NCBI GenBank assembly: GCA_963799775.1
Contig: CAWCYD010000003.1
Coordinates: forward strand, 1,728,001 to 1,792,000
Source of the DNA: an uncultured archaeon
GTDB taxonomy: Archaea; Thermoproteota; Nitrososphaeria; Nitrososphaerales; Gagatemarchaeaceae
Direction of reading: 5' to 3'
Length of the DNA stretch: 64,000 nucleotides
A model generated the notes under the pieces. The model searched no databases, was not told where the DNA came from, and saw only the letters and a program-made list of their open reading frames with translations. The position numbers were made by a program, and so were the translations under genes. This document shows, piece by piece, positions 29,847 to 39,078 of this stretch. Position 1 is the first letter of the stretch. Each line of letters begins with the position of its first letter.

Positions 29847-30668
29847 ATGCTCCTAAATAGCAACCAGTCTTACAAGAAAGCTAGGTCGTTCGCGACGAAC
29901 ACGAAGAACGTGTTGCTTGCAGTCTTCATAGCGCTCACATTGGTGTTCGCCTCTCTGACAGCCTTTGAGTATAACGAGGTCGGCGTGCTCAACGCGCGGA
30001 TCGGCGCGAGTCAAAGCAAGACCACCTCCTCGGAGCTGTCTTTTCCCCATGATCAATCCGGGATTGGGCAGTTCTGCTCATCAGGCCAACCGGTTGATGG
30101 GGGCTGGATGACACAGACGTTCAATGCAACCGGACAGGTGACAAGGCAGGACTACTTCACGCCGGTGATGGTGATGCCTGATTCTTCAACGGCGTACGCG
30201 TGCATCACCTATCAATCGGACACGGGGTCCGACTTGGCGGGTTTCCTGCTCAATCGCGTAAATCCAATCAACTTTAGCTTCATGGCAGTGGTGTGCAGCC
30301 TGCAGGGTAATGGTCTTGGTCTTGGGTGTTCGCACACAAACGCGGGTTCTGGTCGCGCGTTCCCCTCTAGCATGACGCTCACGAATACGACGAGCGCTTT
30401 CACGGTAATCTATACCATCACGACGACTGCAGCTTCGAAAGGGTTCTATGGAGGGGCTGGTGATGTCTACTGGGGCCACGCCCTCGCTGTTGGCTATCAG
30501 CCATCCCAAGTGAACGCGAGCGACTTTGACCTGCACATTTTTGCCGGAGGGCATAGTGAGCTCAATGAACCGATTCACGCTGTCTCCGTCAGCGTGATAG
30601 ACATGAACGTCACCTACCTCGATTTTCAGTGTCAGGGCCCCGAATTGGGTTGCATCCTCGGTAAATGA
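29847..30668 (+). CDS. Membrane-anchored secreted hypothetical protein
   Basis: TM helix; YTITT...SKGFY...LAVGY...SDF shared with 39079..39687. Confidence 0.65.
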   Translation: MLLNSNQSYKKARSFATNTKNVLLAVFIALTLVFASLTAFEYNEVGVLNARIGASQSKTTSSELSFPHDQSGIGQFCSSGQPVDGGWMTQTFNATGQVTRQDYFTPVMVMPDSSTAYACITYQSDTGSDLAGFLLNRVNPINFSFMAVVCSLQGNGLGLGCSHTNAGSGRAFPSSMTLTNTTSAFTVIYTITTTAASKGFYGGAGDVYWGHALAVGYQPSQVNASDFDLHIFAGGHSELNEPIHAVSVSVIDMNVTYLDFQCQGPELGCILGK

Positions 30669-30741
30669 GCTGAACTTCGGGCCTCATAGCCTTGCACATG
30701 CGTATAATGGGAAAGCGGCTGGACCCTCATCTCTTCACTTC

Positions 30742-32415
30742 TCAAGTCACTTTGAAATGCAGGATCACCAGCGCTCGCCATTCGTCAGCCGCGACAACTG
30801 TGTAAACGCCGGGGGTGAAGTTCACGAAGGTCGTGCTGGTACTGCTATTCCAATAGCCGCTGTATGCGTTGGTAGCAAACACTGGTAGATATCCATAAAC
30901 AATAATGTCTGCCCAAGCACTCGACGGCTCAAACAGATAGGTGAAGTTGTTGCCGACGTAAGATCCAGTACAGCCACGGGACAATCCACCAGCGTAGGAG
31001 TAGAGCGCGAGCCATTGGGCCGTGGTTACGTTTCCGGCATCATAGTAGCCTTTGGTGACGACCCAACCCATAGGGTTGAGCTCGACACCGCACGAGTTTG
31101 TTCCGAATGGAGTGAACACGTGTCCGGCCGCATTTGGAGGGTTCCAGAATGCCCAGTTACTTTCTGTGAACACGTTGTTTGCATTATCGAGTGTGTTTTG
31201 CTCGTCCGCGGTTATTGCGATGCGCTGGCCACTCTCAATCGAGGTCGAATTTAGGCTGGCCGTGAGAACAAGGCCATCGACAGAACGGGAAGATGCCGTC
31301 GTAGACTTTGGCGCAGCCTCGACTGTAAAGTGTATGCCACAACCCTGACCCCACTGGTCCATCGCCACTAGGGTATAGGCTCCAGGAGGAAACTCGACGA
31401 AGCTGGAATTGTCTGGCGCACCGGACCAGTAGCCCGACAGAGAGTCAGTTACTGATATGGGGCACGAGCCGCTCCTACATTGCTCGGTAGTGCCGTTGAA
31501 CCCGATGATTGAAGCGTAGATACTATAGGGCGCGAAGGAGTATTGGTAGTAGTATTGAGGGCCTTGGGAAGGGCAGTCGTCATGAATGGCTGGATTCTGA
31601 AGGGATAGAGTGTCGGTAGCATTGTAAGGGACGCTGTCTCCTTGGTAAACCGCGAAACCTATTGCCTGATTGACGCAGGTGTCCCTAAGGAGGCCAACGG
31701 GAATTGGCCATAGGTCAGCCGATGTAACGTCGTTTGTAGAATTTCTTGTGTTGAAGACGTCGGCATTGATTGCAATCAAGCCCGAGCCATAGCCCGCAGG
31801 CGTACCCTGAACCTCTAGTCGAAGACCGTTGGATCCAACAGTCGAGCTCGCATACGAATCAGTTCCGATGCTGACCACGCTCGTAGGAGTCGGGAACGTG
31901 GGACATGGTTGGTACTCATCGACTATTGGACTGACGCAGAATATTGTGGTGCCCGAGAACCAAACGTCATAAGTTGCGGGCTGTCCGTTCGCGTAAGACG
32001 TGAAGTTCGTCGCGTAGTATTGGCTACTCTCGTAACTTATGAGATCGACGTTTCCTAGCTTTGGAGATCCAGTCGGACAGCCGAGACCTTCCAGCTCCTC
32101 GGGGACGCAGGCCGCAGCCCCGGATACTGTGATGTTCTCGCGCTCCACTTTGTAGTGGCTGATGCTTGGAGAGTTCTGAACGCTTGTAGAGGTACTTGGA
32201 GAAGAGGTTGAGGAAGAACTCGTCGAGGAGTTTGCCAGTGTCATCGTTGATATCGATTCGCTGGAGCTTTGGCTTGAGGATGATGAAGCTCCGCCTGAGT
32301 TCGACTGGCTGTTACCTATCTGGATTGGAGAAACCAGTGGGAAGGAGACTAAGATCAGCACGGCAGCAATTACCAAAGCCTGCGCCCCAAGGAAGGCCGC
32401 TTCTTTCCTCTTCAT
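30742..32415 (-). CDS. Secreted protein with two 'DEWG-family' domains
   Basis: TM helix, Ser-rich linker; FPPGAYTLVAMDQWG and FTPGVYTVVAADEW. Confidence 0.7.
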   Translation of the reverse strand: MKRKEAAFLGAQALVIAAVLILVSFPLVSPIQIGNSQSNSGGASSSSSQSSSESISTMTLANSSTSSSSTSSPSTSTSVQNSPSISHYKVERENITVSGAAACVPEELEGLGCPTGSPKLGNVDLISYESSQYYATNFTSYANGQPATYDVWFSGTTIFCVSPIVDEYQPCPTFPTPTSVVSIGTDSYASSTVGSNGLRLEVQGTPAGYGSGLIAINADVFNTRNSTNDVTSADLWPIPVGLLRDTCVNQAIGFAVYQGDSVPYNATDTLSLQNPAIHDDCPSQGPQYYYQYSFAPYSIYASIIGFNGTTEQCRSGSCPISVTDSLSGYWSGAPDNSSFVEFPPGAYTLVAMDQWGQGCGIHFTVEAAPKSTTASSRSVDGLVLTASLNSTSIESGQRIAITADEQNTLDNANNVFTESNWAFWNPPNAAGHVFTPFGTNSCGVELNPMGWVVTKGYYDAGNVTTAQWLALYSYAGGLSRGCTGSYVGNNFTYLFEPSSAWADIIVYGYLPVFATNAYSGYWNSSTSTTFVNFTPGVYTVVAADEWRALVILHFKVT

Positions 32416-32416
32416 C

Positions 32417-33868
32417 CTATGTCACCGTGAAATACAGGAATGCGATGGCTCCCCATTCGTCTCCTGCAACGACAGTGTAGACTCCAGGGCTGAAATTCAC
32501 GTAGATACCTTCGCCCATCCAATAGCCACTGAAGCTACCAAAGGCGAACATTCCTGTTGCTTGCGGGCTGACCTGCCCGATCTGGGCTAAGTCACTTGAT
32601 GACTGGAAGACATAGGGTACTCCCCCTCCCACGCCTATGCCGCAGTGATAGGCGTCTGAATCATAGAGCCCGAGCCATTCGGCCATTGTCATGTTGCTGA
32701 CAGTGTAGTAACCTTTGGTGATGGCCCAACCCATCGGATACTCACCCCTACATGGTCCTGTGGTGAAGATGGAACTGCCTCCGAGTCTTGCGTTCACCGC
32801 TGGATTGACTATGGGCCAGTTATACGCACCCGAAACATTGTTCGTCTGCTGTAGAGTGTTCCGCTCATCCACGCTGATTGTTAGTCCATGACCAACCTGA
32901 GTCGACGTCTGATTGATCGACATGGTGAGCGTGAGGTTGTTTGCCGATTGGACCGTAACGGAATTGGAAGTCTGCGCGATGATCTTGGAGTAGTCTACCT
33001 CGAAATGCAGTAATACGGCTTGACCCCACTCATCCGTGACCGCGACCGTGTAAGAACCAGGGATGAAGGGGTTGGTCCTTGGCAATGGCGCGGCGTTGCC
33101 GTAATATGAGATAATCGCTGGATATTGTGGAACTGATGAGTTTGTACCACCGTTTGAGGTGAAGTTCCAGTAGCCGTTCGTAACGAAATTGTTCACTAGA
33201 TAATCTGTCGCGAAACTCTCGTTCGTCCCTGTGATGCCGTTGAATTGGTTGAGGTCAGCTTTGGTGCTGTTCGGCCGAAGCATTACGCTACCGACAGTCC
33301 TGAACTCATGGCAAAGATCAATCAACGAACTGTTCGTCGCCAATTTCGGGGCTGCCATCGTAATGTTGCCAAGGGAGTAATGACCCTTGAGCACAACGAT
33401 TTCGGCATCCGGGGTGAAGAGTTGGGTCCCTATTGGGTTGCTGTAGAAGCAATCTGGCCACATTGAGATTGGAACGCCCGCGAAAAGCCAGTTGTTGATT
33501 GTCGGGATGTTAATCTCATTGAGAAGGCTGTTTGAGAGTGATACATTCACCTGCAGGCTTTGACCTACACCCAATTGGGTTGAATTCACCGAGAGGGAGA
33601 GCCGTAGTCCATTCGATCCGACGGTGTAGTTGGTCAATGGAAGGCCCACACTCTGCGTGGTCGAAGATGTTCTGCTCGTTGTCGAGGTGGAGATGGCAGT
33701 CGTCGAGACCTGACCTATTGATGTGATGGAAGGGGTCGTCGACACCGTACTTGAGCTCGAGGTGCTACTGGATTGAGAGCTAGGAGCAGGATGGATCTCT
33801 AGAGCAACTCCTAGGATTAGCGCAGCAATCAGGACAGTGCCGAGCGCGAGCCAGCGTTGCCTTCTCAA
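32417..33868 (-). CDS. Secreted protein with two 'DEWG-family' domains
   Basis: TM helix, S/T linker; FIPGSYTVAVTDEWG and FSPGVYTVVAGDEWG. Confidence 0.7.
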   Translation of the reverse strand: MRRQRWLALGTVLIAALILGVALEIHPAPSSQSSSTSSSSTVSTTPSITSIGQVSTTAISTSTTSRTSSTTQSVGLPLTNYTVGSNGLRLSLSVNSTQLGVGQSLQVNVSLSNSLLNEINIPTINNWLFAGVPISMWPDCFYSNPIGTQLFTPDAEIVVLKGHYSLGNITMAAPKLATNSSLIDLCHEFRTVGSVMLRPNSTKADLNQFNGITGTNESFATDYLVNNFVTNGYWNFTSNGGTNSSVPQYPAIISYYGNAAPLPRTNPFIPGSYTVAVTDEWGQAVLLHFEVDYSKIIAQTSNSVTVQSANNLTLTMSINQTSTQVGHGLTISVDERNTLQQTNNVSGAYNWPIVNPAVNARLGGSSIFTTGPCRGEYPMGWAITKGYYTVSNMTMAEWLGLYDSDAYHCGIGVGGGVPYVFQSSSDLAQIGQVSPQATGMFAFGSFSGYWMGEGIYVNFSPGVYTVVAGDEWGAIAFLYFTVT

Positions 33869-33962
33869 GGCATGGTCTAATTGCTGCTTGGAGGTATTTC
33901 TGAGTAGCGAAGGGACCTTTCAGAAGGCATCTTTGACCACTATTCTCTCTAACGGAGTTTTT

Positions 33963-36713
33963 TCAATGAAGAGCGACTGCGTATTCAAATGGTTTGAATG
34001 AATGGGACGTTCTGGCCTTCAGATTCTTAACCAGTGTTTGGACGGTGTCTTTGTAGGCTTCCATAAGCGTGATCTCTCGTTCTCCGCGGGACACAACAAC
34101 TCCGTCAGCTGCTTCGCCCACCGTTTCCAGCACTCCAACAACCTCCGGTCTCGGATAATAGAAGCGTGCCCCATGCCTGTCGGTGGAGCTGTAAAAGTCC
34201 CTCCAGTTCACGCTGAAATCCAGAACGGCCTCGAGCAGCTTCTCCCTGTCCGCGAACTTGAAGGGGTCGATCAAATCCAGATTCAACCCGAGGCCCTCAG
34301 GATTCCACCTCTTCCTGTGGAGGAACCCCTCCCCCGGGTCTGGGTCAAGGCCCAACTGCACGTTGACTGACCTAGCCTTGAAGAGCCTCCGTTGGTGCAG
34401 GTAGTTTATCGCCGCGTCCATCGCCGTGTACCCCCGCGCCCTTCCCGTGGGGGTCGTGACGTACTCCCTCACGAAGCGCGCTTTCTTGCGCGGCCCTGAC
34501 CTTTGCAGCACCGAATTGAGCGCGAGATGATAGGTGCCCCAGTACTCCTTCATCACCAATGCCTCATGGGCCAAGAACCTGCTCGGCGGCACCCGTTCGA
34601 GGCGTCGCATCACTGCCTTTTGCCTTGCGATAGACGCTTGGACGTGGCTCCCCTCAAGGCGAGCTAGAGACGCGACGCGCCCGGTGGCGTTTATCGCGCT
34701 CTGGGCCATCGCCAAGGCCATCCCGCGAATGAACTCGGGTTGAGAGCGAACGATATCCTCCACGAACGGGGCGATGTCGAACCTATCGACCGGTTTGGCT
34801 TCGATCATGGGACCGGCCGGCTTGGGAAGCGCTCTTACTGTCATGCCGGCGCTTGCAAGGATGTCAGTCTGCTCCTCGCCCACGATGCCGCCCAGGTCGA
34901 TCAGTGTGCTGCCCGCGAGCGGGATGGACTCGACCTTCCGCTTCTTGAAGATGTAGAGCTTCCCGTCCCTCGACAGCATCCTGTCGCCCGGGAATATCAT
35001 GACCGTCTTGGGCGCCTCTGCGGGATTCTCGTCCGTCTCTGGGGTGCGATGCTCGTCGTAGATGGCCCGCTCCACTATGCTAGGCGCAGAGCCCTGCCTC
35101 TCCTCGATGAGGCGCTTGAGGTCCGAGGAGGGATCGACGCCGGCGAGCGCCTCGTATCTCCTCTTGAACTCGTGCTCGTAGCTGGTAAGCACCTTCACCT
35201 TCTTCTGTCTGAGCGTGAAGTAGCGCGTCCTGCAGTTGCCGCACACCACCATCCCTCCCTTGGGCGGCGTCTCCGGCATCTCCTCGTAGCAGATGTCGCA
35301 TGACTCGGGAAGGGTCTTTCGGGTGTAGTCCCTTTTCTTGTCGACAAATTCGAGGCAGGCCGTCGAGTGCGGGCCTATCCGCCACGAGTTCCTCATCTTG
35401 TGGAGGTCGAAAGAGGAGAGTGGATGCGGTCCGTCCCTGGTCCATCTGTCGTGCCTGTGGCTGTAAGACTTGTTGAGGAGCCACCAGATCCTGCACTGGC
35501 GCCTAGCAGAGACGTAAAAGGCGCACTGCCCGCACTTGCTGGCCTGGTCGAACGGGAGCTTGCCGGGCATGTGGTAGACCGTTGCGGGGCGGCCTATCTC
35601 CTTGACCCAGGTCGTCTTTTGCAGCTTTCCATCGCGTGCTAGCCCCTCCGCTATTCCGCGCAGGGCGGGTCGGCTCGGGAGGAAGACGTGTAGCTCGGCT
35701 GGCTTCTCATAGTCAAAGTGGTCGTTGAAGATTTTTGGGACCGAGTCGCTCGTCTGGAGTACCTTCTGAGTCTCGGCGTTGACATAATCGAAGAGATTTT
35801 GGATGGTAAACCAGCCCTGCAGGTCGAGAAGGTTCTGGACGAGCACTTCGAGGTAGTCTTGGCCCAACTCGGAGGGGCCTTTTTCCTTCGACTGCCTGAA
35901 CACAGGCTTGGGAGGTTCCTCGGGATTCTCACGTGATTGCGCCACCTCCTCCGTCTCAAGAGCCTCGACCATCTCCCTGCCGTAGTATCCCGCGGTGTAG
36001 AGCCAGCGGGACATCGTGTCCACGAGAGCAGGCCTGCGAATGTTGTCTTCGAGCTCGTGCTCCCAGTTCTCGTTCAGTTTGGAGAAGAGAGTGCTCGCGG
36101 CGGCGAGATGCAGTCCCTGCTTGGAGAGGTGTGTGCCGAAGAGGAGCGAGACGATCGCTTCGCTTGCCTGCCTGGGTCCAAACTTCGCTTTCAGGTCGAT
36201 GACCTCCCCAGGTTGCCCCTCGGCAGCTAACCATTTCCTCGCAAGAGGCTGGAAGGATTCCTCTTCGACGACGATTGTCTTGTGGATGCTAGGCTTGGCG
36301 AGCAGTCGCGTGAGGAGCCCATCGATGTAACCCCTTCTTTCAGAGTCAATCATCCGGCCGAAAGGCGCAATCAGGACGACGATCTGAAAGGCATTGAACC
36401 TCTGCCACTTCATGAACCACCGGAACCACTCCCCGTAGTCAGCCACCAGGACACTCTTCAGCTTCTTGTGGCGCTGAACTCCTGTCCAGTGCCAGTTTTC
36501 ATCCGGGCTCAGGATGTCAACTTGTAGTTCGGAGGCATTGAGGAAGTCGTAGGTCGAATCCTCGTCGATGAAGATGGCGCAGTGGTCGTTCCTGTAGCTT
36601 CGTCTGCTGTCATAGATTCTGTTAGCCACATCTGAGGCCCAGGAAGCCTGTTGGTCGGGAAAGACGAATTCGATTCTTGAGAGAGTGCCGGGCGCGGCGA
36701 GTTGCCGACTCAA
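33963..36713 (-). CDS. Multidomain Cas1-fusion protein, copy 2 (intact, 916 aa)
   Basis: Cas1 N-terminal domain (TVMIFPGDRMLSRDGKLYI...SIPLAG) and catalytic domain (AHEALVMKEYW, DAAINYLHQ, GLDP..GEGFLH, LDLIDPFK) at about 33963..35010; preceded by wHTH (GRPATVY), CGQC..C and CDIC/CGNC motifs. Confidence 0.88.
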   Translation of the reverse strand: MSRQLAAPGTLSRIEFVFPDQQASWASDVANRIYDSRRSYRNDHCAIFIDEDSTYDFLNASELQVDILSPDENWHWTGVQRHKKLKSVLVADYGEWFRWFMKWQRFNAFQIVVLIAPFGRMIDSERRGYIDGLLTRLLAKPSIHKTIVVEEESFQPLARKWLAAEGQPGEVIDLKAKFGPRQASEAIVSLLFGTHLSKQGLHLAAASTLFSKLNENWEHELEDNIRRPALVDTMSRWLYTAGYYGREMVEALETEEVAQSRENPEEPPKPVFRQSKEKGPSELGQDYLEVLVQNLLDLQGWFTIQNLFDYVNAETQKVLQTSDSVPKIFNDHFDYEKPAELHVFLPSRPALRGIAEGLARDGKLQKTTWVKEIGRPATVYHMPGKLPFDQASKCGQCAFYVSARRQCRIWWLLNKSYSHRHDRWTRDGPHPLSSFDLHKMRNSWRIGPHSTACLEFVDKKRDYTRKTLPESCDICYEEMPETPPKGGMVVCGNCRTRYFTLRQKKVKVLTSYEHEFKRRYEALAGVDPSSDLKRLIEERQGSAPSIVERAIYDEHRTPETDENPAEAPKTVMIFPGDRMLSRDGKLYIFKKRKVESIPLAGSTLIDLGGIVGEEQTDILASAGMTVRALPKPAGPMIEAKPVDRFDIAPFVEDIVRSQPEFIRGMALAMAQSAINATGRVASLARLEGSHVQASIARQKAVMRRLERVPPSRFLAHEALVMKEYWGTYHLALNSVLQRSGPRKKARFVREYVTTPTGRARGYTAMDAAINYLHQRRLFKARSVNVQLGLDPDPGEGFLHRKRWNPEGLGLNLDLIDPFKFADREKLLEAVLDFSVNWRDFYSSTDRHGARFYYPRPEVVGVLETVGEAADGVVVSRGEREITLMEAYKDTVQTLVKNLKARTSHSFKPFEYAVALH

Positions 36714-36721
36714 GCCGCGTG

Positions 36722-37213
36722 TTATCTAGGCCTCTTAGGAAAATAAGCGTTCGCCTGCGCCGCCGTCTTCTGGTCATGACCTTCAAGATTCAACAGGACC
36801 ACGCCGAACACCACTGCCATGACGCTGAGGATCACCAGCAAATCGAGGGCGCTGCCGCCGATGACCCCTTGGTCGCACCCTCCTGTGAGAGGCCCCACAG
36901 AGAGCGTCGTCGTCCCTTGCGACACCTCTGTCGTGGTCGTGTAAGATGTTGGATGGCAACCCCAAGGACGATAGAAAAATTGATACTGGCCATCAATTGT
37001 TATCCCTCCAATCCCAACGCGAGAGTATGTCAATGAAACCATTGGCGGATGACCGGAGATGAATGGGCAGCCACTCGAAGGGGGACAAACCACCGCCCAA
37101 TCTGGGGAAACAGGGACAAAGACCACGTAGAATATGATGGCCGCAATGGGAAGAATAACCGCGATCGCAACAACCGCTCTCCTCCTCGAGAGTGTGGTTC
37201 TCGAGTTGCTCAT
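36722..37213 (-). CDS. Two-TM membrane protein
   Basis: Hydrophobic N- and C-terminal helices with a Cys-containing loop. Confidence 0.6.
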   Translation of the reverse strand: MSNSRTTLSRRRAVVAIAVILPIAAIIFYVVFVPVSPDWAVVCPPSSGCPFISGHPPMVSLTYSRVGIGGITIDGQYQFFYRPWGCHPTSYTTTTEVSQGTTTLSVGPLTGGCDQGVIGGSALDLLVILSVMAVVFGVVLLNLEGHDQKTAAQANAYFPKRPR

Positions 37214-37403
37214 GTCGCGTTCTCTTGCAGTCTGTGCGCATTAGTCTTTGTGATGTTGGACGGTCACAGAGGGTGGTGCAACAATCGTAGAACCGTCCAG
37301 CTCGCTCAGTCGCGTCGTATTAGCTCAAATCTAGCTCCTTTTAGGAGACTAACGGAGATAAAACCCTTGTGGTGGTTAAATAGCTCATTATCCTACTATC
37401 CCA

Positions 37404-37844
37404 ATGAACACCTCTTCTAGATGGATGACCCGAGCGCACGCCCTCATCCCCCTGACGGAGCAGGAGAGACAGGTCCGCGACCTCCTCCTCGAGCAGAGAC
37501 TGACGCACCTCACCCACGCGGTCTTCCCGAACGGGGGCAGGCTGATAGTGGTGGACTTCTTCCTCAGCGATCTCCGGACGGTGCTCGAGTGCTGGAAGAC
37601 CACGGCCAGGAGCGGGGTCGCATTGGGCTGGATGGAGAGGAACGCCGCGTTCATCGACGTGAAGTTCAGGCGCCTGAAGGGTATGCATCCGGGAATCCGC
37701 TGTGTCGCCCTCGCAGAGGCTCCACACGTAGAGCTAGCGACCCTGTCCAAGGTGATCGGGGAGATCCTGGTCCACGCCGACCATGTGGCGTACTCGATGG
37801 ATGGGTTCGGATATGCTCTTTCGCAGTTGGGAGGCGGAAAGTGA
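37404..37844 (+). CDS. Small PD-(D/E)XK/Vsr-like protein
   Basis: LTEQERQVRDLL...VVDFFL...VLECWK; TTAAATA 21 nt upstream of ATG; homologue of 2576..3029. Confidence 0.7.
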   Translation: MNTSSRWMTRAHALIPLTEQERQVRDLLLEQRLTHLTHAVFPNGGRLIVVDFFLSDLRTVLECWKTTARSGVALGWMERNAAFIDVKFRRLKGMHPGIRCVALAEAPHVELATLSKVIGEILVHADHVAYSMDGFGYALSQLGGGK

Positions 37845-39034
37845 TGCCGCGCCCGCCTTTCGGGAGCCCGGAATGGTTGCCCTACTTCGAGGAGATCGTG
37901 AGGACGAGCAAGACGACGAAGGAGGCGGTCAACAGGTTGGGCTACGCCACCCCTACAGTGGTCTACTATCACCTGAAGAAGTTCGGCATAGAGCGGCCGC
38001 CCGTTTGGTCCAAGCGTCCGTGGCTTCGGGAATTCATGCAGCGGAACATACCACAGGTGATCATCCCCACGACCACAGGTAGGCGTTGGGTCGCTGGATT
38101 GACCCAGGGGGAAGGATGCATTCAAGCTAGGTTCTTCACGCAATACGATGTGACGTATCTCAACCTCGACGTGTCGATGACAGACCCTGAACCTGTCTTC
38201 AGATTCTCTGATTATGTTGGGTTGTCGCACCCGTCAAAACCGGTCAAGAATCACGATTGGAAGCCCAATTGGCACAAGAATGTCTCGGGCCTACGGGCCT
38301 TCAGAGTTCTGCAAGAGATTCGACCCTTCTTACTGGGGGAGAAGTTGAAGGAGGCCGAGAAGGCGCTGTCCTTCTTCGCACCCCGTGGAATCCATTCGGG
38401 CTGCTTTGGGAATCTCGACGTCTGGCCGACGAAAGAATTTCCCTGGAGGACCAAGAGACGTGGTTCCGCTGCATCGACCTTGACAGGCACGCGGATAGAA
38501 TATCCTACGACGGGGCCTGATTCGTTCACCTTGAAATCACGACTCGAATCTGTAAACCCAACCACGGTCATTCATCCTTGGAATGTTGGGCTCGTGAATC
38601 GAGGCAAAGTTCCCGAGGTCATCATCACATCGACGGATGATAGGGCATGGGTTGGCGGCCTGGTCCAAGGCGAAGTGACCTTGGAATCTCATTACGTCAA
38701 GATGTCTGACTCGACGACGCTGATTCTTGGCCTGAGGATGACTGATCCGCATCCTGTCTTTAGGTTCGCCGACTTGTGCGGACTTCCAAGACCGAACCGA
38801 CCAACGGAAAGGCCCAATCGATGGCAGCCGATATGGAGGAAGGATGTCTCCGGGATAAGAGCGCTACGAGTTCTGAAGGAAATCCAGCCTTTCTTGGTTG
38901 GGCAGAAACTTCGCGAAGCCCAGAAGGCGTTCGATTTCTTCGACCTCAACGGCTACCGCCGAGGATGCTTTTACTCATCGGCAATTTGGCCCCCCGACGA
39001 ATTTCCCTTTAGGAGACATCCAGTGGAACACTGA
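37844..39034 (+). CDS. HTH plus tandem LAGLIDADG-like endonuclease domains
   Basis: Probable start at the TGATG overlap (MPRPPFG...). Two internal repeats WVAGLTQGEGCI...MTDPEPVFRF...SGLRAFRVL and WVGGLVQGEVTL...MTDPHPVFRF...SGIRALRVL. Confidence 0.7.
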   Translation: MPRPPFGSPEWLPYFEEIVRTSKTTKEAVNRLGYATPTVVYYHLKKFGIERPPVWSKRPWLREFMQRNIPQVIIPTTTGRRWVAGLTQGEGCIQARFFTQYDVTYLNLDVSMTDPEPVFRFSDYVGLSHPSKPVKNHDWKPNWHKNVSGLRAFRVLQEIRPFLLGEKLKEAEKALSFFAPRGIHSGCFGNLDVWPTKEFPWRTKRRGSAASTLTGTRIEYPTTGPDSFTLKSRLESVNPTTVIHPWNVGLVNRGKVPEVIITSTDDRAWVGGLVQGEVTLESHYVKMSDSTTLILGLRMTDPHPVFRFADLCGLPRPNRPTERPNRWQPIWRKDVSGIRALRVLKEIQPFLVGQKLREAQKAFDFFDLNGYRRGCFYSSAIWPPDEFPFRRHPVEH

Positions 39035-39042
39035 ATCTCAGG

Positions 39043-39063
39043 GGGTTCATTGCGCCTCCGCCG
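39043..39063 (+). repeat. Cassette-boundary direct repeat, copy 1
   Basis: GGGTTCATTGCGCCTCCGCCG. Confidence 0.8.
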
Positions 39064-39078
39064 AGATGTATTATCTAT

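Noticed and set aside
37421-37843. N-terminal 141 aa of the 537 aa ORF in the track
   Set aside because: It overlaps the conserved small nuclease gene in another frame; the probable start is the TGATG-coupled ATG at 37844.
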